Part shown: in pieces, positions 46,362 to 56,187 of the stretch
Position numbering within the stretch: position 1 is the stretch's first letter
Layout of the letters: every line of letters begins with the position of its first letter
NCBI GenBank assembly: GCA_022450585.1
Contig: JAKUPR010000004.1
Coordinates: 29,257-93,256 of the forward strand
Length of the DNA stretch: 64,000 nt
Source of the DNA: Anaerolineales bacterium
GTDB taxonomy: Bacteria; Chloroflexota; Anaerolineae; Anaerolineales; UBA11657
Reading direction: 5' to 3'
Notes under the pieces: model-generated
Database searches by the model: none
What the model was told of the DNA's origin: nothing
Seen by the model: the letters and a program-made list of their open reading frames with translations, nothing else
Position numbers and translations under genes: made by a program

Positions 46362-48911
46362 ATGAAAATCCCACTAAGCTGGCTAAAAGAATATGTTGCA
46401 CTCGACCAACCTCCACACGAACTTGGAGACCTACTTACGTTCGCTGGCCTTGAGGTAGAGGAAATGGAGTACATAGGTCTAGCACAACCGAACCACAATC
46501 TACATCAGTCAAAAACGACCGGTCTTGAATGGGACAAAGATTATTTTGTGGTCGCCGAAATAATTGCGGTCGAGCCTCACCCAAACGCAGACCGACTAGT
46601 CCTCGCGAAGCTATATGACGGCAAACGCGAGCATATTGTGCTTACTGGAGCCCCCAACCTTTTCCCATTCAATGGTAAGGGACCATTACGTGACCCACTC
46701 AAAGTAGCATATGCGCGAGAAGGAGCACTTCTTTATGATGGACATAAACCCGGGCCCGAGCTAACTAAGATTAAGCGCACGAAAATCAGGGGGGTCGAAT
46801 CTTACTCTATGGCTTGCTCGGAGAAAGAGTTGGGTATTTCTGATGAGCACGAAGGTATCATAATCTTCGATGCTAGCGCGCCCTCAGCCGGTACTCCCTT
46901 GGCAGATTACATCGGTGACGTAATATTCAACATTGCGATTACGCCGAACATGTCGCGTAACGCCAGCGTCATAGGAGTGGCACGTGAACTTGCGGCTCTA
47001 ACTCAAACCGAACTACGCTTGCCATCCTGGACAATGAAGATGGCACCAGTCGAAAAACCTTTACTCGAACTACCACATATTGACATCCGTAAGCCAAGTC
47101 TAAACCCACGCTTCACCGCCACACTCATAGAAAATGTCACAATCGCGCCATCGCCATACTGGCTCCAAATCAGGCTACGACTGTCAGGCATGCGCCCAAT
47201 CAACAACATCGTTGATATAACAAATTACGTGATGCTAGAAACGGGCCAACCCTTACATGCCTTCGACTACGATGTGCTGCACCAACGCTCCAGCGGGAAG
47301 ACCCCAACCATCATAACCCGGCTGCCGGAACCAAGGGAGAATTTGACCACACTGGATGGAATCAGCCGCACGCTAGACGATTTCACTATACTCGTAGCAG
47401 ACTCTGTAGGAACACTATCAATAGGAGGAATAATGGGTGGCGGTGAATCGGAGGTCTCGCCTTCAACCAAAAACATTCTACTCGAGGCAGCCAGCTGGGA
47501 TTACACAAACATACGTAGATCAGTACAGGCACAGCAGTTGCAATCATCGCAGGCCGGATACCGATTTAGTCGCGGTGTGCATCCAGAAGTCGCCCCGCAC
47601 GCAAATCGTCGCGCGGCTGACCTAATGCGTCAGATGGGAGGCGGCAAAATCTCCCAGGACCTAGTAGATGAGTATCCACGCCCATTATCACCAGTGGTAG
47701 TAGAAATGCCACTCTCAGAAATCAAGCGTAACCTTGGTATAACCATTCCGCCAAATGAAGTGGTTCACATACTAACTTCACTTGATTTCCAGGTAACAAA
47801 AAAAGAATCGGTACTGCAAGTCACAGTGCCAAATCACCGAATGGATATTGGCAGTGGCCAAGCCGGAATTGCTGACATTCTGGAGGAAATCGCCCGCATA
47901 TACGGTTTCGAGAGAATTCCCGAAACGCAAATTTCTGACACTATCCCTCGCCAGCAAACTAATATCGCGCTCGAAGCAGAAGAGCGCGTACGTGACATTT
48001 GCGTCAATCTCGGCCTCCAAGAATTGGTTACATATAGACTTTCCTCACCCGAACTGGAGCAACTTACGCTTGAAAATATTGCCGAGGATTATGTCACAGT
48101 AAGCAACCCTATTGCCCCCGAACGCGTATCCATGCGACGCTCGCTACTTGCCAGCGTCCTAGAATGCGCGAAAAACAACTCACGCTTTAAGCACCGACTA
48201 GCTCTTTTTGAAATTGGCCCTGTATATCTTCGAGACTCTACCTCTAGAAACGCAATCCCTGCTCTTCCTCACGAACTCCTTAAACTAATAATTGTTCTTA
48301 GCGGATCACGCTCAGAACTAAGTTGGGCGCACGGAGAACACCCAACAATGGATTATTTTGACCTAAAGGGTCTGGTGGACGCTCTGATTACTGCAACCCA
48401 CATTACTGATTACCAAATAGAGACAGCCGATCACCCATCCTTCAGGACCGGTATCACAGCAGCTCTGCTAGTATCTGGAAACCAGGTGGGGGTCTTTGGC
48501 GAGCTACTTCCCAGTGTCAGCGCTGCGTTTGGGTTGACGAAATACCCAGTGCTAGCAGCTGATTTCAACCTAGAGGCCCTGCTGACCTCTTTGCCCGACC
48601 ACCACCTCACCAAACCGGTGCCGCGTTTTCCAGCCATCGTTGAGGACATTGCCCTAATTGTAGATAAGTCCACACCTGCAAATTATGTTACCGCACTGAT
48701 TACACAAACCGGCGGCAAACGACTGACACGCTTACAGCTCTTCGATGTTTTTGAAGGTGCCCAAATTGGACAAGGGAAGAAGAGCTTGGCCTTTCGACTC
48801 ACTTTCCAATCCGACAAAAGGACACTGACAGACAAGGATGCAGCCCAGCTGCGTAACAAAATAGTAAAGCGCCTTAACCAGGAAATTGGAGCCGATCTAA
48901 GAGACACTTAA
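46362..48911 (+). CDS. pheT: Phenylalanine--tRNA ligase beta subunit
   Basis: 849 aa. N-terminus MKIPLSWLKEYV plus B3/4, B5 and C-terminal anticodon-binding-like regions in the expected order. Confidence 0.96.
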   Translation: MKIPLSWLKEYVALDQPPHELGDLLTFAGLEVEEMEYIGLAQPNHNLHQSKTTGLEWDKDYFVVAEIIAVEPHPNADRLVLAKLYDGKREHIVLTGAPNLFPFNGKGPLRDPLKVAYAREGALLYDGHKPGPELTKIKRTKIRGVESYSMACSEKELGISDEHEGIIIFDASAPSAGTPLADYIGDVIFNIAITPNMSRNASVIGVARELAALTQTELRLPSWTMKMAPVEKPLLELPHIDIRKPSLNPRFTATLIENVTIAPSPYWLQIRLRLSGMRPINNIVDITNYVMLETGQPLHAFDYDVLHQRSSGKTPTIITRLPEPRENLTTLDGISRTLDDFTILVADSVGTLSIGGIMGGGESEVSPSTKNILLEAASWDYTNIRRSVQAQQLQSSQAGYRFSRGVHPEVAPHANRRAADLMRQMGGGKISQDLVDEYPRPLSPVVVEMPLSEIKRNLGITIPPNEVVHILTSLDFQVTKKESVLQVTVPNHRMDIGSGQAGIADILEEIARIYGFERIPETQISDTIPRQQTNIALEAEERVRDICVNLGLQELVTYRLSSPELEQLTLENIAEDYVTVSNPIAPERVSMRRSLLASVLECAKNNSRFKHRLALFEIGPVYLRDSTSRNAIPALPHELLKLIIVLSGSRSELSWAHGEHPTMDYFDLKGLVDALITATHITDYQIETADHPSFRTGITAALLVSGNQVGVFGELLPSVSAAFGLTKYPVLAADFNLEALLTSLPDHHLTKPVPRFPAIVEDIALIVDKSTPANYVTALITQTGGKRLTRLQLFDVFEGAQIGQGKKSLAFRLTFQSDKRTLTDKDAAQLRNKIVKRLNQEIGADLRDT

Positions 48912-48919
48912 TTCACTAT

Positions 48920-49834
48920 TCACATTCGCAGATAACTGAGCAAGGCAGGGGATATATCGCTTATATCCCTGATATTAGCTGCTACTTTTCTGTGCCCTTT
49001 ACCAATAATCAGAACAGGCACCGGATTGAGAGTATGTCGCTTTGTGCTTTTATCCTCTAAATTGCCATGATCAGATGCAATAATCACTAAACCGTCATCA
49101 ACGCACCAAGTGTTCAGAATACCACCAAAAACCTCGTCAAAGTTCTCGAGAATTGTGACAGCCTCATCCATGCTGCCGCGATGGCCAATTACATCGGTCA
49201 TCCAATGATCAAACAGAAGTAGTCCATAAGCGCGGGCAGCACAAGCTAGTCTTTGTCCGGCCTCTTCTAGATTTAGGATGGGAGTGTCTTTAAAGCCCAA
49301 CTTCGAGTGCCATGACTCTCCGGTAAAATCAGCAGCAAACGCGCGGCCCTGTCGCAAGTCAGATTCCGTCATCAGATTCACGCCCGCGCACTTCATTGCA
49401 AATTGAATAGAGGAAAGCGCACGGCGTCCAGATTCCACCGCACTGAGAAAAGTAGGCGGGTAAGCATTAGCAATACCCACTACGGAGCCCTGATTACGTA
49501 GTCGTTTAAACAAATTATCCTTCCTCAGGAAGGCCCTAATTTCTGCGTTAGGTTTCGGTCCCCAATGCTTCCCAATACGATAGGGAATGTTGATTCCAGA
49601 CAGGATTGCCCCCTGACCAGTAGCCGATTGTGGCATACCTGCCACTCCTAGACAAGCATCAGCAGGGACGAACGACACCCGATCTGTGGAGAACGCAGAA
49701 ATACCGCGCAGCATTATGCGCCCATCAAGTACACTATTTAAGTTCGGCATACGTGCCTGCACAAACGGATTGAATCCTCGGTCACCATCTCCCAATCCAA
49801 CACCATCAAGAAAAAGAAACAAAACGCGTTTCAT
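48920..49834 (-). CDS. Alkaline-phosphatase/metalloenzyme superfamily protein (cofactor-independent phosphomutase-like)
   Basis: I moved the start to the ATG at 49834 (MKRVLFLFLDGVGLG). The N-terminal metal-binding D in LFLDGVG and the C-terminal SDHGNLED motif resemble iPGM/phosphopentomutase-type metalloenzymes. The specific activity is not assignable. Confidence 0.6.
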   Translation of the reverse strand: MKRVLFLFLDGVGLGDGDRGFNPFVQARMPNLNSVLDGRIMLRGISAFSTDRVSFVPADACLGVAGMPQSATGQGAILSGINIPYRIGKHWGPKPNAEIRAFLRKDNLFKRLRNQGSVVGIANAYPPTFLSAVESGRRALSSIQFAMKCAGVNLMTESDLRQGRAFAADFTGESWHSKLGFKDTPILNLEEAGQRLACAARAYGLLLFDHWMTDVIGHRGSMDEAVTILENFDEVFGGILNTWCVDDGLVIIASDHGNLEDKSTKRHTLNPVPVLIIGKGHRKVAANIRDISDISPALLSYLRM

Positions 49835-50010
49835 TACAATACACCGACGCCACAACGATTATTGACCAAATAAAATACCAATAATGTCAACATGTAAATC
49901 TTCTTCGAACTCTGACTTTGCATTCCCTTCATTACATGGACCGGCAGAGATTAACCAAGAAACGTGCGTCCCAAATAACCCAGTTTTATCATCATCGATT
50001 TTAACACGCT

Positions 50011-50039
50011 TTGACAACCCAAAGACCCTCCGCTACAAT
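50011..50039 (+). promoter_or_regulatory. Consensus sigma-70 promoter of the EF-G paralogue
   Basis: TTGACA (50011-50016), a 17-nt spacer, then TACAAT (50034-50039). The TTG used as a start by the ORF track is the -35 hexamer. Confidence 0.75.
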
Positions 50040-50118
50040 GATCATCCACGCCTACATAAATGTAAGCCCTGAATTTGTTAGAGCGTTTTTTCGACAAAGG
50101 AGGTTATCAAAGCTTTCC

Positions 50119-52209
50119 ATGAAAGAATACACCACCGAGCAAATCCGAAATGTGGCTCTAGTCGGACACGGGGGGTCAGGGAAAACATCTCTGGTTGAGG
50201 CAATGCTCCATACTAGTGGTGCCACCACGCGCCTCGGTAAAGTAGATGATGGATCCACCGTTTCTGATTACGAAGACGAAGAGCGCAATCGAACAATGTC
50301 CATTAGTACCGCACTAGTGGCATGCGAGTACGAAAATCACAAGATAAATCTCATAGACACCCCCGGTTTTACAGATTTCGTGGGCGAGGTTAAATCAGCA
50401 CTCCAGGTCACAGATGCTGCAATAATGGTTATTGACTCCGTAGCCGGAGTAGAAGTGGGAACGGAACTCATGTGGGATTACTGTGAAGAGTATAAACTGC
50501 CTCGCTTCGTTGTCATTAACAAGCTAGACCGAGACAACGCCAACTTCCAGAAAGCGCTCAGTTCAGTGCAAGAGCTTGCCTCCGACAAGAAACTCATACC
50601 AGTGACGTTACCATGGGGAGAGCAAGCCGATTTCAAGGGAGTAATTGGACTACTTTCACAGAAAGCGCGTCCCGGCGTAGGTGCCGAGACAGAGAAAATT
50701 CCTGCTGAATACGAAGAGGCTGTCACCGCTGCACGCTTAGATCTTGAAGAGGCCGCAGCTGAAGGAGACGATGAGCTACTGATGCGCTACCTTGATGGAG
50801 AAGCGCTGAACGCAGATGAGATTGAGCACGGCTTCAAAGCTGCGGTTCTGGCAGGGAGTTGCGTACCCGTTTTCGTCGCCTCGGCCACACAGCAAACCGG
50901 CATCGCCGCATTACTGTTGGGTATTTCTCGATACCTACCGTCGCCGATAGAACGGCCAGAAGTCCTTGCAGAATCAAGCACGGGAACAGAGAAACTCGGG
51001 GCAAAGGTCTCTAACCCGCAAGCAATATTTGCCTTCAAAACCACTGCAGACCCCTTTGTCGGAAGATTGACCTATTTGCGAGTAATGTCCGGTGTATTGG
51101 AATCCGACAGTCGAATTTACAACCACTCCAGAAAGACCGATGAAAGAATTGGTACGCTCCATGTAATGCGCGGCAAAGAACAAATTCCAGTAAAAACCCT
51201 GCATGCTGGTGACCTGGGCACGATTCCAAAACTAAGTGACACCCTCACGGGCGACTCGCTTGGAGACAAAGAATACCCTCTGCAATTCCCAGGAGCTAAG
51301 TTTCCAGAAACATTGTTTGCGGTAGCAATACGCCCACGGACTCAAGCTGATTCAGCAAAGATGGGACCTACACTTTCGCGCCTATGCGAAGAGGACCCTA
51401 CCCTTAAACATTACAATGAGATCACTACTAAGGAAACTATCCTTAAAGGAATGGGAGACCAACACATTGAAATAGCATTACGCAGAGCAGAAAATAAATT
51501 TGGCACCTCTCTAGACACTAATACTCCAAAAGTACCCTACCGAGAGACTATCACAAAAACAGGCAACGGCCAGTATCGCCACAAGAAACAAAGCGGCGGG
51601 GCCGGCCAATTTGGCGAAGTGCATATGCGCATTGAACCACTCACAAAGACGAACATGGAGTCCGATGGCGACAGGGATTTCCGCTTTACAAGTGAGGTTT
51701 TCGGCGGTTCAATCTCGTCCAACTTCATGCCAGCCATTGAAAAAGGTATTCGTTCAGTTATGAGCGATGGCGCCATCGCGGGATTCCCTATGGAAAAGGT
51801 GTTCGTAGCAATTACCGACGGAAAAGAACACCCAGTAGATTCCAAACCAATTGCCTTTGAAATCGCTGCGCGTGAGGCTTTTAAGCAGTCTGTTTCTGCT
51901 GCCGGTCCAGTCCTGCTCGAACCCATTATGCTAATAGATATCACAGTCCCAGAAGCAAACATGGGAGACGTCATGAGCGACCTTAATAGCCGTCGTGCAC
52001 GTGTACAGGGAATGGATTCCGGAAAAGGCAAGAGCGTGGTCACAGCGGAGGTACCAATGGCTGAAGTCCAACATTATGTGACGGAACTCCGCTCTATAAC
52101 TCAAGGACGAGGCGTCTTCTCATTACAGTACCTACGTCACGAGCAAGTACCTTCGCACCTTGAACAAGAAGTAATTAACAGGGTAAAAGCGGATACAGAG
52201 AAGGAATGA
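50119..52209 (+). CDS. Elongation factor G paralogue (EF-G2-like translational GTPase)
   Basis: The start is the ATG at 50119 (MKEYTTEQIRNVALVGHGGSGKTSL), with a GGAGG about 17 nt upstream. G motifs are GHGGSGKTS, DTPG and NKLD. EF-G domains II-V are recognisable. It is not in an str operon context. Confidence 0.85.
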   Translation: MKEYTTEQIRNVALVGHGGSGKTSLVEAMLHTSGATTRLGKVDDGSTVSDYEDEERNRTMSISTALVACEYENHKINLIDTPGFTDFVGEVKSALQVTDAAIMVIDSVAGVEVGTELMWDYCEEYKLPRFVVINKLDRDNANFQKALSSVQELASDKKLIPVTLPWGEQADFKGVIGLLSQKARPGVGAETEKIPAEYEEAVTAARLDLEEAAAEGDDELLMRYLDGEALNADEIEHGFKAAVLAGSCVPVFVASATQQTGIAALLLGISRYLPSPIERPEVLAESSTGTEKLGAKVSNPQAIFAFKTTADPFVGRLTYLRVMSGVLESDSRIYNHSRKTDERIGTLHVMRGKEQIPVKTLHAGDLGTIPKLSDTLTGDSLGDKEYPLQFPGAKFPETLFAVAIRPRTQADSAKMGPTLSRLCEEDPTLKHYNEITTKETILKGMGDQHIEIALRRAENKFGTSLDTNTPKVPYRETITKTGNGQYRHKKQSGGAGQFGEVHMRIEPLTKTNMESDGDRDFRFTSEVFGGSISSNFMPAIEKGIRSVMSDGAIAGFPMEKVFVAITDGKEHPVDSKPIAFEIAAREAFKQSVSAAGPVLLEPIMLIDITVPEANMGDVMSDLNSRRARVQGMDSGKGKSVVTAEVPMAEVQHYVTELRSITQGRGVFSLQYLRHEQVPSHLEQEVINRVKADTEKE

Positions 52210-52211
52210 GG

Positions 52212-52580
52212 CTATCCCTCATTAGCAGTGCATGGGCCTAGATAGTCCATGTCTACACTCGAATGGCTGCGGTAACACTCGCAAAAGGTTGAGCGACTCT
52301 GCTGGCCTTGCCATAACCAGAAGCCCACCGTAGTTTGAAGACACGTATCCTGAACACCATGAGAAACCACATGCCTGGCCTGCCATCCCAGCCCACGCAC
52401 ATTTTCCTCTGTTACGACCCAGACACGATACTCTCCATAATCCCCCGGATGCCAGCTCAATTCGCCACGCACTGCCAGTAGCAACCCAAGAGCAGGCAAC
52501 GATATAATCGCCAGCCACACTGCACCTGCTACCGTCCATAGTAATCTCTTCGACAAAGTACCATACCAAGGTAGGTTCAT
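52212..52580 (-). CDS. Hypothetical small membrane-anchored protein
   Basis: 122 aa with one N-terminal TM helix (LLWTVAGAVWLAIISLPALGLLLAV). I recognise no family. A competing 115-aa ORF in another frame lacks any features. Confidence 0.45.
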   Translation of the reverse strand: MNLPWYGTLSKRLLWTVAGAVWLAIISLPALGLLLAVRGELSWHPGDYGEYRVWVVTEENVRGLGWQARHVVSHGVQDTCLQTTVGFWLWQGQQSRSTFCECYRSHSSVDMDYLGPCTANEG

Positions 52581-52656
52581 GATAAAAGTTCCACTACGCT
52601 GGTATAATCATTCCGACTTAAGCTCCATAATCGGAATCTAATGTCGCGCAGAAATC

Positions 52657-53286
52657 ATGCTCACGATTGAAAAAATGACCGTCGGGCCTATCGCAACCAA
52701 CTGCTTCATAGCAGCAGATGAAAGTAGTGGTGATTGTGTGGTTGTTGACCCAGGATCCGATGCGCCGGAGATTCTCAAGCGAATTTCCAGCAAAGGATGG
52801 CAGCTGCGAGCAATCTGGCTGACTCACGCTCACTTCGACCATTTTGGCGCCGTGGCCAGTATTATGAAGAAGTTTCCTCAATTGCCACTCGGGCTCCATA
52901 GTCTTGATTTTCCACTTTATCAAGCAGGTGGAGGAGCGAAATCGTGGGGCATTTCGGTGGATTGTAGTCACGAACCCACCACTTGGTGGAATCACACAAG
53001 CAATCTTCACCTTGGCCATATGCAGTTTGACATTCTGTTCGTACCAGGCCACTCGCCAGGACATGTTGCTTTTTTCCAACCGGAGTCCGGAACTCTGTTC
53101 GGCGGAGACGTGCTCTTCAAACAAGGTATCGGGCGCACCGATCTTCCGGGCGGTAGTCATGATAATCTCATTAACAGTATCCGCACACAATTCCTGCCAC
53201 TACCTGAAGACACAATAGTTTACTCAGGTCATGGTGAGGATACGACCATAGGCTATGAAAAACACGCGAATCCATTTTTAGCGTAA
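52657..53286 (+). CDS. MBL-fold metallo-hydrolase (glyoxalase II-like)
   Basis: 209 aa. THAHFDH zinc motif, PGHSPGH and a GDVLF...GRTD tail. Confidence 0.88.
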   Translation: MLTIEKMTVGPIATNCFIAADESSGDCVVVDPGSDAPEILKRISSKGWQLRAIWLTHAHFDHFGAVASIMKKFPQLPLGLHSLDFPLYQAGGGAKSWGISVDCSHEPTTWWNHTSNLHLGHMQFDILFVPGHSPGHVAFFQPESGTLFGGDVLFKQGIGRTDLPGGSHDNLINSIRTQFLPLPEDTIVYSGHGEDTTIGYEKHANPFLA

Positions 53287-54807
53287 TCACGGCAACGCCT
53301 GAAACCCATTCGGCAGATGCTTGGCTTCACGACTCTGAATCCATGCTAACCAATCTCGCAAACCTCCGGAAGGCTCAGAGAAACTAAAGGCGTAAACGGG
53401 CACGAGTAAGTTATCCTCATCCGACACAGACAAAATCCTCACCTCAGAGCCGACCAAAGCCTGCCACGCATATCCAATAGCCCCGACTTCTCCAACCACA
53501 TATTCCACCATCAAATCATCGCCAGCTAATAAAACGGAATTCGGAGACGGGTGTGTATCGCCTAACACCATAGCTTCGAAAAGCAACCGTGCTGCTGTAC
53601 CGGTTTCTCGGCTGGCAAGCTTAATCATTTCTGGCCTGCCACCAAGATCGTGCCAATCAGTAATAACTCCGGTAAAAACGGACCGGAGTTGCTCAAGAGA
53701 TAGTGATTGAATTGGAACCTCCGGGTGCACTATTATGCGTAGAGACGTCAAGGCTAGAGGAGTAGCAACCAAGGAGTCCTCCTCCGGCCGATACAGTCCC
53801 ACCCCTATGTCCACACCACCTGATTGAACCGCCTTGAGCAAGCGTCTATTGGATGAATAAGGCTCAACCGTAATCTGTCCCCCAATTGGAGATTCGGCAC
53901 TAATGTTTTTGACAAAATGTTGGGTCGCAGGAGTAACCCCTACATGGAACTCAGGAGAAGGCATAGCGGTGCCAGTAGCAATAGGCCCTCCACAGCCCAT
54001 CAGCAAACCTGACAACCCTACCAGTGCACAATACCACGAGAACCGACCTAGTGAATATCTCTGAAGGTACTTCATCAACCAGGTAATAGAGAGAAGCCCG
54101 ACAAATACAGCCGCTAAGAAACCGGATAACATTACAGGTATGTGCACCCAAAGTAAAGGATGCACGAACAAATCTCTTAGCGCAAACAAACCAGCACCAA
54201 TCATGACAGGAACCGCCATCAAGAAACTGAAACGTGCCGCCACGCTGCGCTCAAGTCCGCACATTAACCCCGCAGCAATAGTAGCTCCCGAACGCGAAAT
54301 CCCAGGCAAAATCGCTAGTGCCTGAAAGCACCCAATTAGCATCGCCTGCAAGAATCCGACAGCACCAACTCCTTTTCCTTTTCTTGAACCGACATGCTCG
54401 GAGAAAAGTAGCAGCAACGCCGTTGCCAACAATAGCGCTGAAACCCCTCTAGGGTTGTCAAACCACTTCTCGAAAAAGTCTTTTAACAGCATTCCCGCAA
54501 ACGCTGCCGGAGCCGTCGCAAGCACAATAATATATCCGAGACGAGCATTCTTGTTCGCCAATGGTGTCCTGCGCCAAATCCCACGCCAAGTTGCCACTGT
54601 AATGGCTCCAATGTCCCTGCGAAAATAGACGACCACAGCCAACAGGGTACCCATATGTACAAACACGTCAAAGGTAAGAATGAGTTGCGAATCAAAAGAC
54701 CATCCCAACCAATGCGGCAGTAATACCAAATGAGCTGAACTCGATATAGGCAAAAACTCAGTTAAGCCCTGCACAATTCCCAGAAAAACAGCCTGAAAAA
54801 CGCTCAT
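53287..54807 (-). CDS. uppP: Undecaprenyl-diphosphatase (UppP/BacA) fused to a C-terminal PstS-like type-2 periplasmic binding domain
   Basis: I moved the start to the ATG at 54807 (MSVFQAVFLGIVQGLTEFLPISSSAHL), which overlaps the tgt stop as ATGA. UppP motifs are EFLPISSSAHL and PGISRSGATI. The usual UppP C-terminal helix (YLQRYSLGRFSWYCALVG) is followed by about 235 extra aa with PstS/PBP_like_2-type blocks (LSLEQLRSVFTGVITDWHDLGG, SRETGTAARLLFE, AIGYAW). Confidence 0.85.
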   Translation of the reverse strand: MSVFQAVFLGIVQGLTEFLPISSSAHLVLLPHWLGWSFDSQLILTFDVFVHMGTLLAVVVYFRRDIGAITVATWRGIWRRTPLANKNARLGYIIVLATAPAAFAGMLLKDFFEKWFDNPRGVSALLLATALLLLFSEHVGSRKGKGVGAVGFLQAMLIGCFQALAILPGISRSGATIAAGLMCGLERSVAARFSFLMAVPVMIGAGLFALRDLFVHPLLWVHIPVMLSGFLAAVFVGLLSITWLMKYLQRYSLGRFSWYCALVGLSGLLMGCGGPIATGTAMPSPEFHVGVTPATQHFVKNISAESPIGGQITVEPYSSNRRLLKAVQSGGVDIGVGLYRPEEDSLVATPLALTSLRIIVHPEVPIQSLSLEQLRSVFTGVITDWHDLGGRPEMIKLASRETGTAARLLFEAMVLGDTHPSPNSVLLAGDDLMVEYVVGEVGAIGYAWQALVGSEVRILSVSDEDNLLVPVYAFSFSEPSGGLRDWLAWIQSREAKHLPNGFQALP

Positions 54808-55901
54808 GGGGACCAACCTCGGGAGAATTTCCGCTGCCAAGAATCAAAATCTCCCTTCATAATCGCTACGCGCATTTCCGCCATTAGTCTTTGCAGCAAG
54901 TAAATGTTATGAATGGTGAGTAAAGTCGCTCCCATAATCTCACGCGCCATACATAGATGGCGAATGTAGGCACGACTAAAGTGAGTGCAACAATAGCAAC
55001 CGCAACCGGTCTGGACAGGCCTGCGGTCCACCGCGTAGGCAGCTTTCTTCATATTCAATTGACCAGTACTCGTCATAGCTGATGCGTTGCGACCCAGCCG
55101 GGTGGGAAGCACACAATCAAACATATCCACTCCTCGAGCCACCGATTGCACTAAATCAGCAGGAGATCCCAGACCCATTAGATATCGGGGTTTTGCAGCA
55201 GGAAGAATGTCCGTCACCAACTCAGTCATCGCCCAAAGTTCCTCTTTGCTTTCACCCACTGCAAGGCCTCCAATAGCGTTGCCGGGAAAATCCAGTTCAG
55301 CAATAAAGCGGGCTGATTCAGCACGTAAGTCTGAGAAAACACCACCCTGCACAATCCCAAAGAGTGCCTGGTTGGTACTTGTATGGGCGTCTTTGCAGCG
55401 CTTGGCCCACGCGTGCGTACGCGCCATGGCCCTTTCGTTCATCTCACGGCCATAAGGTTCAGAGCACTGGTCGAACGCCATAATAATGTCTGCGCCCAGA
55501 TGGTGTTGAATCTCTATCGATTGTTCTGGCGTAATACGACACGTGGAACCATCTAAATGAGAACGAAAGGTAACACCATCGTCATCAATCTCATTGCTGT
55601 CGCCGAGCGAAAACACCTGATATCCACCAGAATCAGTCAGAATTGGTCCGGCCCAATTCATAAAGGCGTGCAGCCCGCCCATTTCACCCACCAGAGTATG
55701 TCCAGGACGCAGATAAAGATGATACGTATTTGCCAATATAAGGTTTGCGCCCACTTCCTCCAGCTGCGCTGGAGTGACAGCCTTTACGGCCGCTTGTGTA
55801 CCCACAGGTGCAAACAAAGGGGTACACAGTTCGCCATGAGGAGTGTGCAAGACACCCGCTCGTGCACGCCCGTCAGTCGCTAAAACCTCAAACTCAAACA
55901 T
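54804..55901 (-). CDS. tgt: Queuine tRNA-ribosyltransferase (tRNA-guanine transglycosylase)
   Basis: 365 aa. ILTDSGGYQV, the zinc site CGCYCC..HFSRAYIRHL and LGLGSP. Confidence 0.96.
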   Translation of the reverse strand: MFEFEVLATDGRARAGVLHTPHGELCTPLFAPVGTQAAVKAVTPAQLEEVGANLILANTYHLYLRPGHTLVGEMGGLHAFMNWAGPILTDSGGYQVFSLGDSNEIDDDGVTFRSHLDGSTCRITPEQSIEIQHHLGADIIMAFDQCSEPYGREMNERAMARTHAWAKRCKDAHTSTNQALFGIVQGGVFSDLRAESARFIAELDFPGNAIGGLAVGESKEELWAMTELVTDILPAAKPRYLMGLGSPADLVQSVARGVDMFDCVLPTRLGRNASAMTSTGQLNMKKAAYAVDRRPVQTGCGCYCCTHFSRAYIRHLCMAREIMGATLLTIHNIYLLQRLMAEMRVAIMKGDFDSWQRKFSRGWSP

Positions 55902-55950
55902 ATCTAGTATGATAATACATTAGAGCGTTCCTACAAAGCACTGTCTTTTT

Positions 55951-55979
55951 TTGTTCATATGTGCAGGTAATGATAGAAT
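55951..55979 (+). promoter_or_regulatory. Candidate sigma-70 promoter (extended -10) upstream of the methyltransferase
   Basis: TTGTTC (55951-55956), a 17-nt spacer, then TGaTAGAAT (TAGAAT at 55974-55979). This implies a leader of about 200 nt. Confidence 0.45.
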
Positions 55980-56187
55980 TAATCAATCTAGCGCTTCCAA
56001 CCGCAAACCGCGAAATCAGATTTCAAACTAACATGGGGCTCGGACACCACTGGAACATATACCTACCACCGAAATTGACGTCATATTCCTCAATAGACTC
56101 GGTTGGTCGGTTTACTGCCTGCGCAATAAGAAAGGGTGGATTCGCTGACACCGCGTGGACATTCCTTAGCCAGGATACACACACACT

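Noticed and set aside
52222-52569. 115-aa minus-strand ORF competing with ORF 52212-52580
   Set aside because: It uses a different frame of the same locus and is Cys/Trp/Gly-rich with no TM helix or motif. The 122-aa frame, which has a clean N-terminal TM helix, is the more plausible of two weak candidates.
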